Shown here piece by piece: positions 33,269-55,516 of a stretch of DNA of 64,000 nucleotides (position 1 is the stretch's first letter; every line of letters starts with the position of its first letter). Origin of the DNA: Amoebidium appalachense (taxonomy: Eukaryota; Protista; Ichthyosporea); contig CAVNZM010000010.1 in NCBI GenBank assembly GCA_963693365.1, positions 6,077,794 to 6,141,793 on the forward strand, given 5' to 3'. The position numbers were made by a program, and so were the translations under genes. The notes below the pieces were generated by a model. It worked only from the letters and a program-made list of their open reading frames with translations. It had not been told where the DNA came from and searched no databases.

Positions 33269-33874
33269 GCTCTCTCTCGCTCCGGCTCTCTCTCTCGTTC
33301 AATGTACTGGCCGAGGAATTTATTGACAGCTATAACCCAAAAAAGGCTAAACTGCAACTTTTCTGCAGCCCGGGAAAATTGATTGGTTGAGATTCGATGT
33401 TTCAACAACAAGAGTTTTGATTGGATATCGAGTATTTTGGCGCGGAGTCGAGTGAATGCCGGAAATTACCGCATGAAGGCGCCAAATATCCCGGAACCCA
33501 AATAAGCGTGTTAACGAAAAATGAGGGGGTTTATGTAGAGAGCGATGTAAAGATTTTGTTCAAACCCGAAATCACAAGGGTAAAGAGGGGCTCCAGTACA
33601 AGTATTTGAAACGCTTCTGCACTCCCATATGGCATCATAAACACGCATAAACTTTGTCTGGCACATTTTAATCAGCGTAACCTTTTTTTACACCATAGAA
33701 ATCACGTAGGGGGGGATCTATAACAATTACAACATTTTCAAGTACGGGATTTTACCTTGGCCAATCCAAAGTGTGCATCAAGATGCACATGATGCGGCAA
33801 TAAAAGCCAAACTTGCTTGCCAGGGCTCGTGTTTGTTTGTTTTCGCCCTGTGACAAAGGAGCAACACTACCAAA
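32994..33874. promoter_or_regulatory. Bidirectional promoter region between GNPTAB and HELLS with E2F-like, CCAAT and CHR-like motifs
   Basis: Divergent ATGs 881 bp apart. TTTGGCGC at 33436-33443 and its reverse GCGCCAAA at 33479-33486; ATTGG ~33382; TTTGAA ~33605; CCAAT ~33761. Only one (CT)n tract; no poly-C/G. Confidence 0.55.
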
Positions 33875-42768
<8,894 letters not shown>

Positions 42769-42942
42769 TCTTTTGGAGATCCGGGTCGGGTCAGACCCGA
42801 AAGCAATCAACGCTTTGCCTTTGGCGAGATGCGTACCAAACTGCAAATTGGCCTGACCCGAAAAGAGCCTATGAATCGGCCCAAATGAAACCCGTTAAAC
42901 ACGTCGTTGGTGGGTGTAGATAGGACCACCTGGTTTTCTTCT

Positions 42943-42983
<41 letters not shown>

Positions 42984-43639
42984 TGGTTTTCTGATTTACA
43001 GTTAAATTCATTGTGATATTTTATAGCGAACCAAATTGTAGGTTTTGGAAAGTTTTCAGAGTCTTTTAGCACAACAGATCGTTTTTGTCTGGTATGTGCC
43101 CCGGGCTCTTATAGAACTGAAAAATTGGGTGTACGGGTAGGTCCAAAAAAAGGGAAATTAACGATATGAACGGTTGGTAATTATAACACGTCATTTGGTA
43201 TATCTCAAGATTAGCTTCACTTGGCTACCCACACAATTTCTTTACATAAAATAGGTAGGGTGTTTGGGCCCAATGCATACAATAATTAGCGTTCTTCAAG
43301 TTGCCTTCAGTGAGACCTCTTGTTTTCTGTTGTTTTTAGGCTCTGGGCATATACTCCTGCTTTTTTATTTGTTTTATTTAAATTGGTTATGTTGGTTTGC
43401 TGATTAGCGGACAAAATTTTGTCAGATAGACACATAACGTAAACTGACATCCGTGTTTTGGATGAAAATGCACTGGATCCTCTTGTACCTAAACTGTATA
43501 TTTGCAGCTTATGTATGACTGTTTTTTTCGTTGTGTGCATGGCAGTGCCAGCACCCAAGTGTGATAATAACAATAGTTTGTTTGTCATGACCAAGAGCGG
43601 CCATAGCATACCTTGCATCTTATCATAACATTAGTAATG

Positions 43640-43677
<38 letters not shown>

Positions 43678-44746
43678 CCTCTCTCTCTCTGTGTGTGTGC
43701 GTGTGTGTGTACGTGTGCGCGCGTGTCACGGTGCGTGCGTGTTTGTGTATTACGGACAATACCCGCCATATTCCCTTACTATATATTGCTGCAGTGCGGA
43801 GCTGCGTATAAATTTAAAACCCACGCAGTACAGTTAGACATACCCACGGTACGGTAACACGTGATGTTTCTGTCTTCAGGGGGTTACAAACGACATTGAA
43901 ATCTTTGCATCGGGCATTGCCGCAATCATATTACCAGTCTCCTGTATATGTACTGTCCGGTTTTGGGCCAACTAAATGACATACCCATAGCCCCTGTGTT
44001 GTATCAATATCCCTATAGGAATATTCACCATTGTTTCAACACTTTGTCTCCTCGGCATATGCATCCGGCATCCCCCCCCCCCCCCCCCTCCTCCTCCACC
44101 TGCTCCTCCTTTCTGACTCTCCCAAAGAAGATCCCCATCCTCGTGGGCAAGAAAGAGCATGTTTTCAGAGAGAAGGTCGAACGAGCCCCGGGTGATTCAA
44201 ACAGAGACTGTGTGCAAGAGAAGATCTTAATGCATGCTATTTTATAAAGCATAACAAACATAGGAAGCAAACATCACATGAGGTATTCATTATATCTCAT
44301 AACTAATCTATATTTGATATTTGATTATAGCACATTAGATATATTAGTATAACAACAGGTTAACAGGGTAAACCGTCGATACATGAACTAGAACGAAAGG
44401 GCAAGAGCGAGAAATAAAAAGACTTCTTATACCACGGCATTATATTGTTATGAAAGCATAGCCCATACATTGAGGTAGTAATGTGCTTAGGACATGGGCC
44501 TTAAGCAGTTATTCGTCATAGCACAAATCGTAACGGAGATTAATCAGGGTATATAATAAAAGTAGAATATAATTCAATAATCATAGGCAGTGTAGAATAT
44601 AAATATAAGTGCCTTGCTCAGGCCCTTAAACCCTTGACGTGGAGCTGGAGCTGCCGTTACTCACCAATCTTGGGTCATGACAGAAGAGGCCTTTCAAACT
44701 GTGTGGGAAAAAATGGTGAGTGATGACGGTGTGTGTGTGTGTGTGT

Positions 44747-44805
<59 letters not shown>

Positions 44806-45151
44806 CGTGCGTGCTTGCGTGCGAGTGTGTGTGTGTGCGTTGGCACGGGTGTGTGTGTGTGTGTGCGCGCGCGTGCGCTACGGTGTGAGCAGGTGTTTAT
44901 GAGCGCAGGTGCGTTAGTCACACGGTGTCTGGGCTGTGTGACATGTGCCCGAGCACGAGCACGAGCACGTGCTTGTGAAGCAAAAGAGGTGAAAGAGGGT
45001 GGGCAACTTTGAGACGAGCCTCGTGTATGTGTGATCTGCAGCTCTGCTCAGTGCTCATTTTCAAGTGATCTTGGCAAGGTCATCAGCATGCACATAACGA
45101 TAAATTCATGCTCCATAAGAAATCAAATGATTAATAAAGCACAGGACTTAC

Positions 45152-45570
45152 CGGCAGTCGGGCCAGATCTCAAATACACAGCCAAACTCAACCCAGTTGC
45201 CCTTGCAGCCAAGCAGTTCTTGAAGGTAGCACATGTTTTGGCGATAGTATCATAGACCATAAATAGACACTGTGCATTGGCAAGACACAACTGTGTGCAT
45301 GCTGCATCCGTGGCTACGTTTGATTGGGTGGAAATCACACCACTTGGGCCGCATGTGAGCCCTTCCATGATCTTGGGCGTGCTGCCTTGCGGTGTGGGGA
45401 CAGCTAAGTGGGGGTAATGATTATTAGGATGCATAAAAACCGTTTTTTTTTTTGTTTTTTTTTTTTGGGGGGGGGGGGGGGAGGGGGGAGGGGGGGGGAG
45501 GGGGGGAGGGGGAAAGGGGGGGGGGGGGGGAGGGGGAGGGGGGGGGAGGGGGGGGGATGAGTTGGTAAAT

Positions 45571-45630
<60 letters not shown>

Positions 45631-45823
45631 CGCACGTGTGTGTGTGTGTGTGGGGAGGGGGGGGGGGAGGGGGGGCTCAGGTAGATACCTTTGGGAGGCA
45701 GGACTGTGCAGGTGGGGATGTGTTGGCGTGGGACGGGGGATGATGGATAAAATTTCGGCATTAAGAAAGGTAGACCGGGTTGGGATTGGGGTTTGGATTT
45801 GGGGGGAGGGCGGGTGGGCGGGG

Positions 45824-45854
<31 letters not shown>

Positions 45855-46681
45855 AATGGGGGAAGAGATAAGCGAGAGTCACAGTCAAGGGCGACGGGGA
45901 GAGGAGGAAGAGGGGGAAAGAGGGGACGGGGGGAGTAAATGTTACGGGCACATCAAGTCTAAGGATTCATACCTGGCCCAACAGTGATATTGTACGGGAA
46001 GGCCACCCGCTCAACGGTCTGAGTAAACCCAAATATGGTTAAATTCCAGGGCATCTCTTCCCATTGGTCCACTCCCTTGCGGCATGGCAGCTTGCAGCGG
46101 TGCCATTTCTCGGGGTGTTGGGTGGGGTTGATGGCCGCTGGGCCTGTGTGAATGTTTGTGTGTATGTGTGTGTGTGTGGGGGGGGGGGGGGGGGGGGAGG
46201 GGGGAGGGGGGGGAGGGGGTTAGCTATTGAGTGTGTTACAGAGCATGAAAAAGACTTTCACGGCCGACTACACAATGCAAATCCTGCAAAGATTTTGAAA
46301 GGAAAATGCATCGAATGCAGAACCCCCAAGGGGGGGAAGGGGGTGAGAGTGGGGGGAGGGTGGGGGGGGGGATAGGTAATGAAGCTGATGTGTGCGCTGT
46401 AAAGAGAGGGGGATGAGGCGGGAGGGGGGGATTTAAAGGCTTTTGGGTCGGGCCAGGTCGAGGCTATTACGGCGTATTGATTGGATAAAAGCGAGACGGG
46501 GTATCTCAATGCGTGATCTCTGTGTGTGTATCAAAGGACGGGGCGGGGAAGAGGGAGGGAGAGGGTGCGGTGGTGGGTATTCGTGAATTCATTTGCTAGC
46601 TATACATCCACATTACTTAGCGGGTTTTTTTTTTTTTTTTTTTTTTTTCCTGTTTGCGTCCGTGCATGTTTTTTTTTTTTT

Positions 46682-46732
<51 letters not shown>

Positions 46733-47842
46733 GGGTCATAATGGGCACGGAACAAGTAAGGGAGGGAACGATGCACATACCAGTCGTGCCATAGGTGAAA
46801 GAAAGGAACCGTCCATCGTTAGCCATCTGGAAGGGAAGCTCCGAATATTCGGGAATATCCGCCACCCAGACCTGACCATTGCATGGCACCCAGGCCTGAC
46901 CATTGCATGGGAGCGCACACCGGTACGGTTTATCGGATAGAGAGTTGCTGGTTGAACCGTAATTGTACATGAAATTATCATCCATAGTCCATGTGTCGCT
47001 TCTGAACTCAAAGGGAACAACACCCAAAATTTACCGCATTTGCGAAATTCGGGCAGGGTTTGGGGCAGCGTATCAAGGTCTTGTTGTTTCTGTTGTAGAT
47101 GTAAAAGTCGTTCTTAGTCACTAGCATATTGTAGAAATTACTCGGGAAAACAAACATTGTGGTATAGTTCATGCCAGCCCCGGTGCATGGAAGCTTACAC
47201 TTGTTAAGCGCGTATATGTTTGTGTTGCTAGCTTGGGTCATTTCTACCGTATAGATATCAGTATCATCCACATATAACTCAATCTGATTGGTCGGCCCGA
47301 TCGATCCAGCCCCACCAACAACCCCCTGGGAGATCTTTACTATCGACCCGCATTTTCAGAGATCCCACGATGCATTCCTGCACACATACCATGCCGTAAG
47401 TTGTGTGCTGTTGGTTTCATGGAAGTAGATATCCGATTATGACGCCGAAACTTTGGATATCCACGTATTTCCTCCCCATTGCAGATTGACGATCTTGAAA
47501 TCCTCTACGCCGGTGCCTGGGTACTTCACAAAGGCGAGCCTGGTGTGGTTGGCAATGGCTGGAATAAATAAACATTAGGAAAAAACAGGGTTTTTTTTCA
47601 CCTTGTGAGGTAAGTACATTGGTTGGATAGGCCGCGTCCAATATTCGACTATACGAGCCCCACAGGGTTCATTTTTTTTTTTTGAACAACCATGGATGGT
47701 AGAGATTAAGTTAATTAGACAATGTTGGCATAATGATTTCGAACCGGGAAAAGCGTCGTGGGGGACTGAGTCTTGGGGGGAGATGGAAGAAATTCGGCCT
47801 CGGCAAGATGGAAAAGGTGTGTGTCTGTGTGTGTGTCTGTGT

Positions 47843-47874
<32 letters not shown>

Positions 47875-48473
47875 CTGTGGGTTGGAGGGGGGGGGGGGGG
47901 GGGGGGGGGGGAGGAAGGGAGGGAGGGAGGACGGTGCATGTTTTTTTTTGTTTTTTTTTTTGCTCGCCTAGCCTATGTCATTGAGATGCGCAAGATACAT
48001 CTGTCGCACACAGTTTTCAAAAAAGAAAACACGTGGGGTGGGGAGGGAGGGCGGCGGCGGGGTGGGGGAAGGGGGGGGGGGGGAGGGGGGGAGGGGGAGG
48101 GACAAGGGAGGCTTCAGAGAACCGGGAAATGGGGGAAAGGATGCTGAATATGCTGAGGTTCTGAAGCACCCCCCACCACCCCACCCCCTCCCCCTCCCTC
48201 CACACCTCCCGCCTCCCCCTCCCTCTCCCCCTCCCCTCTTTCCCCATTACCCAATTTCAAAAGAAACAGAGTATAGACATACATACCGTTGCATGAAGTA
48301 CCCACACCCGTGTACCCGCCTGGGCACGAGCACGTGTAGCTTCCCACCGTGTTTGTGTACTTGAACGTGGTCCAGCAGCCGTGTGTGCCCAGAGCACACT
48401 CATCAACGTCTGTGTGTTGTGTGTGCGTGTGTGCGTGTGTGTATGTGTGTGTGTCTGTGTGTGCATGCGTGAG

Positions 48474-48508
<35 letters not shown>

Positions 48509-50376
48509 TTGCGTGTGTGTGTGTGTATGTGCGCGCGCGCAAGTGTGCGTGTGCGTGAACAAGAGCACGCAAGATGTGGAGGGGGGGGGGTGGGGGGGGG
48601 GGGAAGAGGGAGGAGAGGGGGATAAGCGATGAATGGGGGTGGTGAGTGGAGATGGGGTGGGTGGGTGGGTTGAAAGGGAAGGGGTGGGGTGAGATGGGGG
48701 GGGGGGGGGGGGGGTTGAGTTGGGGAAGGGAGGGGGGATGTATGCAAGAGCAAATCAGCAAGAATAATTGCTAGAAGGCAGCTGAGCTGCTTCCGATGAA
48801 ATGTTTCATGTCCATTGGTTGCACTTTCAAACTATGAGGCTATCTCGAAGGCGACGTGTGTAGTGGACTTGTTTGATTAACTGGCTCAGAGGCTGTCCTC
48901 GGTGGCCGATGACTTTTATATACCCGGCTAGTTACCGCAAAGTATTTTGAATAGTGCTGCAGGTACCGAAAACTTTCCAAACTTCACGCCACATTGGGGT
49001 AAAAGGGGAAAAAAGTGCCGCAAAATGAAGCAGAAGAAGCCAAAGAATGTTTCGAAAAACTAAAAAGCTAAGTGCTAGAAGCGAAAGGTTCGATGGCACG
49101 AAGTGTCTCAGATGAGGGGGGTCCCATGTCATTCACAATGTCTTTGGTGTTGGAGGGGGGGAAACGAGGAGGAATAAGGAACAGTACTTGGGGCCCCGAG
49201 AAGAAGGTGGGAGGAAAGGGGGGGGGGGGGGGGGGGGGGGAGGGGGGGGGGGGCATAGGAGATCACAAGGCCGGAAGAAAAGTGGAGGTGAAACTGAGGC
49301 GGGTGGGATGGACGCTAGGGAAAAGAGAATGAGACAAGTGAGAGGAAATAAGGTAGGAAATAGAGCAAGACGATCTAGATGCCACCCACCAGAACACGAC
49401 GTTCCACTCCCCAAGTAGCCAGCATTGCATGAACACGTGTAGGAGAAACGGGTGTCGGTGCAGTGGCATTCACGTGGCATGCATGCGTATTGAGCGAGCA
49501 CTCATTGGTCGCTGCCGAGGAGGGCAAATATAAAGGTTAGCTGGCGTGATGGAAGCCAGTGTTAGGAGTTAAATAGCCATAACTCGATTCACAATCATAT
49601 GCTATGGCTAGGGAAATGTTAAGTGTGACTCCTATGTAATAGGTATTGGTGTGAGAGGACTGCACATGTTTGACTGATGGGCTCTTGGGTGGTTTGTGTG
49701 GGGAGGAGGGGGGGGGGGGGGGGGGGGGGAAGAGAAGTGAGGGAAAGGCCCGGGGTTGTGTGAGTGTGTGCGTGGGTGTGCATGTGTGTGTGGTGGTGGT
49801 GTGGGCCGGGGGCGACGCAGGGGGTTGAAGACGGTGGGCCCAGATTGATAGGTGTGGAGCCTCGGGTATAAGCTAATTACCATCATGTATGTGGTGGAGC
49901 CAGTGTGTAGGGAAAGAACAAGAGAGCAGGAGAACACGTGCAAAGATGAAGCGCAGGCAAGGATAGCGGAAATGGAAATGGGGATGAAAGGGGAGAAAAG
50001 GGGGGGGCGGGGGCAGGGGAGGGGAGGGGGGAGGGAGGAAGGGGAACATCCGAAGAGGAAAGGTCACACATGGCGATCTCGTTGCATAGTAAAGAGGAGG
50101 GCAGAGGGGGGAGGGGGGGGGGAGGGGGGAGGGGGGGGGGAGGGCATGTATGCATCATACTCGGAGGGTTGGAGATATCAAGGAGACACTGAGGACAAAA
50201 GTTTAGTATAAGACCTCACAACGATCAAAAACGTGACCAAACCATAAAATGGAACATTGTCAAATACAACGTGCAGGCAGAAGTCACTTAAACAGAGCCC
50301 ATCATCAGGGGAGAGGGTCCTATGCCTCCGCAAAAGAATGGCTTTCAACTTTTTTTTTCTTTTTGTGTGTGTGTGT

Positions 50377-50426
<50 letters not shown>

Positions 50427-50721
50427 GGGGGGGGGGGGGGGGAGGGGGGGGGAGGGGAAAAGAAGAATAAATGGTGCGAATGATTGAGAAAGCCAAATGG
50501 ACAAAAGCTGGAGCGCTTGTGCTCTCTCATCCCCTCCTGTCGTCCCCCCTCCCCCCCACCCCCCCCCCCCCCCCCCCCCCCCCCGCCCAATATGGATATT
50601 AGTAGGGCAAATTCCTCACATAAACCAAAAATTCAACTCGAACCGACTTAAAAATAACCCCTTTTAACAAAAACAAAAAAAAACACAAAACGAAAAGAAA
50701 TCTTAACCAACAAACCCTTGC

Positions 50722-50754
<33 letters not shown>

Positions 50755-51141
50755 TACACACCAATCACACCCATTTGAAAATAAATAATAAGATTAGGAA
50801 TGCACAGGAAAAATAACACGTACCCGGGCCAACAGCATACTCATAGGGCATGAAGACACTTGCTGGGCCCTGGCATGTGGCTGCAATGCTGTTTGCAAGT
50901 GTCTCCCACGCACTGACATTGGTGCTAGGGCGCAGGGCAGCGCTGCATGAGATAGAGCCCTGTGTGTGTTGGGTTGCAAATGAGTGGTCTTTTTTTTGGT
51001 TTGGTATTTTTTTAATCTTTTTTTGGGTGGGGGGGGAAGCTGGGGGGTGATGGCGAAGGTTTAGGGGAAGGGATGGGGCGGGGAAGGGGTTAGTTGTATT
51101 TTTTTGGGTCTACGTGTGGACTTTCGGGAGGGTGCGCGCGC

Positions 51142-51172
<31 letters not shown>

Positions 51173-52859
51173 AGAGGGAAGGGGATGGGGGTGGGTGGGG
51201 GGAAAGGGGGGGAAGAGTGAGGAGAGAGGGGGAGAGATAGAGAAAGAACCCGAAGGGGGGGGGGGAGGGGGGTGAGCAGTGAAATAGACATGCGGAAAAA
51301 CATGAAAGGCCGTGGTCGGAAGATTATTGAAAATATCCGGGGCGGGATTGTGTGTGTGTGTGTGTGTGTGTGTTGTTTCTGTGTGTGGGTGCCCGCGCGC
51401 ATGTGGATGCGCACACACGTTGAAGGTGAGGGATGGGTGATGGGTGGACGGTGGGTGGGTGGTGGTTGTGGGCGGGGGGAAGGGGAAGGTGGGGGGGGGG
51501 GGGGGGGGGGGGGGGAGGCACTATTTCACCATTAGGGATTCAACAAGAGAACAGGCAAGATTTTGGAAAGGATGGAACTACTGCCATAGCTTGTACAGAG
51601 AGAACTTTATAAAACACGAAACGGTAGTAACACTTATAGTTAGTGTAGTACTATGACTCGTAGTGTGAAATTTATTCATCCTGCTTGGTGCTATAAGCAG
51701 AGCCAAATAGAAACCGACGGTACTACGCGGCCCGCATAGCAATGAATGCTATGTATGCTCTTTGGCAAGTGCCACGGAGCGGAACAAAAATAATCGAAAA
51801 CAAAACGAAAAGAAGGAAAAGAGCATTCTTACGTTTCTTTGGGCTACAGAGGACATATGAGCACATACATGTGCCTGTAGTTTACATGTTGTAAATGTAC
51901 TTTCCGTCCGCTTGCAGCGCAGCGCGTAAACCGTTTTGCTTCCCGTGTCGCCCTGACCCGCCCACGAAACATTGTTGCACGGAAGCGCACATCTTGCAAT
52001 TGTGTGAAAGGTACCAGTCCCCCAAGGAACATACAAGAATTTATCATCAATCGCGATTAAGGTTGGATTCTGAACAACAGAACCCACGGAACCCAAATCC
52101 GTGGGTGGATCATCCGCACTCCGGTAAATATATATATATTTATACACGGTTTTTGCGCCGGAAAATACGTGGTGAAGGGTCGTCGAGTTTGCGTCCTTTG
52201 CAAGAATATACCGGTTAATGTCATCAATAGTAAAATCGATTACGCGGTGCGTCATCCATACGGCAACCGTTTCCCACGGCGTGTTTGATCTGCACGGCTG
52301 CTTGCATGCGCTGATTTAGCTGTATGTATTTGTAGACGCCCCTCCATCCGCGAGATTGTTGTAATAAAGATATACATAGTCAGAATCCGCTTGTACTTTC
52401 CAGTGAATCAAAACCGGCGAATTTGTAGGTAGGGTTACGCTTAGAAGTGTTTCGAAAGAGGTACACCCGCCCGTAGACCATTTAGGTCCCCTGCACACAA
52501 ACAGTTGAATTTTGCACACTGTACCGTAAGCCGCATCATATACACCCGGATGTTCCCCGATTAGGTACAGATCGGTGAATGAAGCCCCGCCATCGGCAAA
52601 ATAGTTCATGGATTCCGTAAACCATCTGACCCTCTGTTTAGGCAGAGGAAAATGGTTAGAGACTGGAAGCACATTTTTTCCCTAATGAGTGGGTACATCG
52701 CTGGGCGATATTTAAAGCTTTAACGGTGCACGCGGTGAATGGCACCAGACTAGTCACTAGGAGTAAAGTGAAGCGCGAGTCTTTCTTTTATGAAAAAAGG
52801 GTTTTTGAATTGGGGAGGAGAAAGTAGGGGAGGCGACTGGTGGGCGTGGTGTTGGTGGT

Positions 52860-52907
<48 letters not shown>

Positions 52908-54331
52908 AACGCAGGTGGGGAGTATGTGTGAGTGTGAGCCTTAGTGTGTGTGTGGCCGAATGTGCATGCGTGTGGTGCATGCACGTGTATGTCAGTGGGG
53001 CAGGGGGGGGGAGGGGGGGGGAGAAGGGGGTGCGGATGAGGAACGGGGAGAGGAGCAGGCAGGGGAGGAGGGGAACGGTGGGTAGCCGCCGGGGGGGGGG
53101 GGGGGGGGGGGGGAGGAGGAAAGGGATTGACATTGATTATCAAACAGGCCCTTACTAAGGTGCGCATATTTCAATTTACAGACACTCATATGCACACGTG
53201 ACAACGGCGTACAAATATTTAGACACGCGCGCGCGCAAACACATGCAGCCTCACGCACACCGTGGCACATGATGGTAAACCAGGAAAACATTTTGCACAC
53301 TAGGCTAACACACACCGGTTCGTTACTGGGGCCTGCACACACTGAGACATGAACCGGGTGAGGAAAAGAAACATTTTTAGCAGCGCACAGACATGAGTAA
53401 CACACCACAGCTAGGAGTTTCAAGTAAACATGTACTAAATAAGTTATTAATGGCATTCGCCTCTAAAGTTCCATGCTTGCGTTATGAGGTTATCACAGTG
53501 GCATCGTTCCGTTTCCTTCAGCAACTAGATCCGGATTTCAACTCAAATTTATGCGTTAGATTGACGAAAATTCTCTGACTGGGCTTCAACGTTATCCGGA
53601 TCCAGAAAAAAATGTTCTGGGTATACCTAGATACCATTTAGACAATAGCAGTGCGGCAAGACCAAACATGATCAGGGTAGAAACCTTACCAAATTATATA
53701 CTAAGTTACTTTGGCAACCATTATTCGACCCGAATGATTAGTTCTCCGAATTAAATGTAGCTCACCATAGAACATACTCCCCGCAGGGACCCATACACTC
53801 ATATCGAAATGACGGCGCTTAAAAAGAGCACTTAAGGGGTCATGTTATTAACGGATGTACCTGAGCATGTCCTGTTGAGGGTGTCGCTAGCCATTGCACG
53901 TGCACGTGAAACTTCAAACTGTGTTTGTGCATGTGGTTGCTGGGGAGCAGAAATGCGTGCCCAGAGCACACTCGTCAACATCTGTAAGGTGTAAATGTTT
54001 GTACACTGCCGTCAGTACTATAGTTTTTATTCCAAACAAAAAAATAAAAAACCAAAAATCAAACTTTGCTAAGAGAATCATAAGGTGAACGTGAACATGT
54101 CTGTGTGTGTCACAGTGTGTGCCACACGGTGTATGGGTGTGGGTGTTGTCTACTATGTGTGTGTGTGCGTGCATATGCTTGTGTGTGTGTGATGATTTCA
54201 AGCGTGTTTGCCAAGGCCCGTGGCCCCTCCAGTGCATGCGTGGTGGGTGCGCGCGTGCGGCGGCAGGCTCTGAGTGTGCATAAGTGCCTGTGGCGTGTTG
54301 ATGTCTTTGTGTCACGGTGCGCCAGCATGTG

Positions 54332-54418
<87 letters not shown>

Positions 54419-54507
54419 CACGTGTGCTTATTATACGGTGTGTATTACGATGTACACACACATAAAGGTAGCCCTACGTAAGACTTCGTGTGTATGTGAG
54501 TGTGACA

Positions 54508-54538
<31 letters not shown>

Positions 54539-54618
54539 CGAGTGTGAGTGAGTGAGTGTGTATGTGTGTGGGTGCGTGCGTGTGTGTGTGTGTGCGTGTG
54601 TATGTGTGCCACCGCCGG

Positions 54619-54673
<55 letters not shown>

Positions 54674-55069
54674 TGTGCACGCGCGCATGTGTCAGTGTGT
54701 ATGTGTGTATGCGTGCCACCGCCGTGTGCGTGTGTGCGTGCGTGCGGCCAGAGTGTGTGTGACACTGTGTGTGTGTGTGTCACGCGCGCGCGTGAGGGTA
54801 CCACGGTATACGTACGGTGTGTGCGTGCGTGCGTGCGTGTCTGTGCGCGCACGTGTGTGTGTGTGTCACAGTGTGCGTGCGTGCGTATGTGTCCCAATTT
54901 GTGTGTGTAAGTGCAATTGTGCTGTCGCTGTCAGTTGTTTTTTTTTTAATCTACCTGCCAGGCGCAAACTATTAAAGTCTCCTTCCCATTTCCCAAAGAA
55001 AGGGCTCTTACCTTGTGCTGTAACTTGCATGAAAAAACATGCTGCCAGCAAGAGTATTCGAGCCAGCAT
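45152..55069 (-). pseudogene. Disabled secreted multidomain protein: signal peptide - cbEGF - Cys-repeat domain - cbEGF x2 - Cys-repeat domain - PAN/apple-like
   Basis: Exons 55069-55012 (MLARILLLAACFFMQVTAQ), 53981-53861 (DVDECALGTH...), ~52756-51901, 50959-50824, 49511-49390, 48409-48287, 47558-46781, 46143-45973, 45403-45152 (CTQLCLANAQC). Lesions: TGA at 53916-53914, TAA at 52318-52316, TAA at 47439-47437, TGA at 47358-47356, and frameshifts near 53885, 50925, 49465 and 47025. Confidence 0.8.
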
Positions 55070-55516
55070 GGAGGCCAATAAAGGGGAGGAAGAACGTCCT
55101 CCCCCACCTTCCGGCCTGAGCTTCACGTTGCCCATGCATCGTCACGCTTAGGGCCTTCAAGTTGTCACGTGCACGTTTCGAATCCAAAACACAGCTAGAC
55201 AGAGTGAGGCCGCAGTGAGTCGCTATCACGCGTACGGTAGGCTAATGACACCGTATGGCTATATAAGTGGAGCGAAGACAGACTGTGAGACTGTGACACA
55301 CAGACACACTGGCTTGTCACGGGAAAATCAGCGAAGGCAAAAAAAAACTACTACCTCGGGTCTTCATCACATCCAGTTTCGAGCCTTACTCACTGGCAAG
55401 ATCTAGAGGACGGACTGACAAGGTGAATCAGAGTGATGCAGTGAGTCGGACTCCTGCCAGCTGACACGGTTGACGTAGACTGCCTCATGATTGTCAGTGC
55501 TTCAGTGGGTTCCCCC

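Noticed and set aside
42775-43280. hAT/MITE-like element (CGGGTC/GACCCG motifs) after the HELLS stop
   Set aside because: No terminal inverted repeats or target-site duplication could be identified.
47356-53916. Alternative genetic code or selenocysteine read-through to explain in-frame stops
   Set aside because: Stops are of mixed types and co-occur with frameshifts. One TGA replaces an EGF Gly codon. Intact genes end in TAG, TAA and TGA and have no internal stops.
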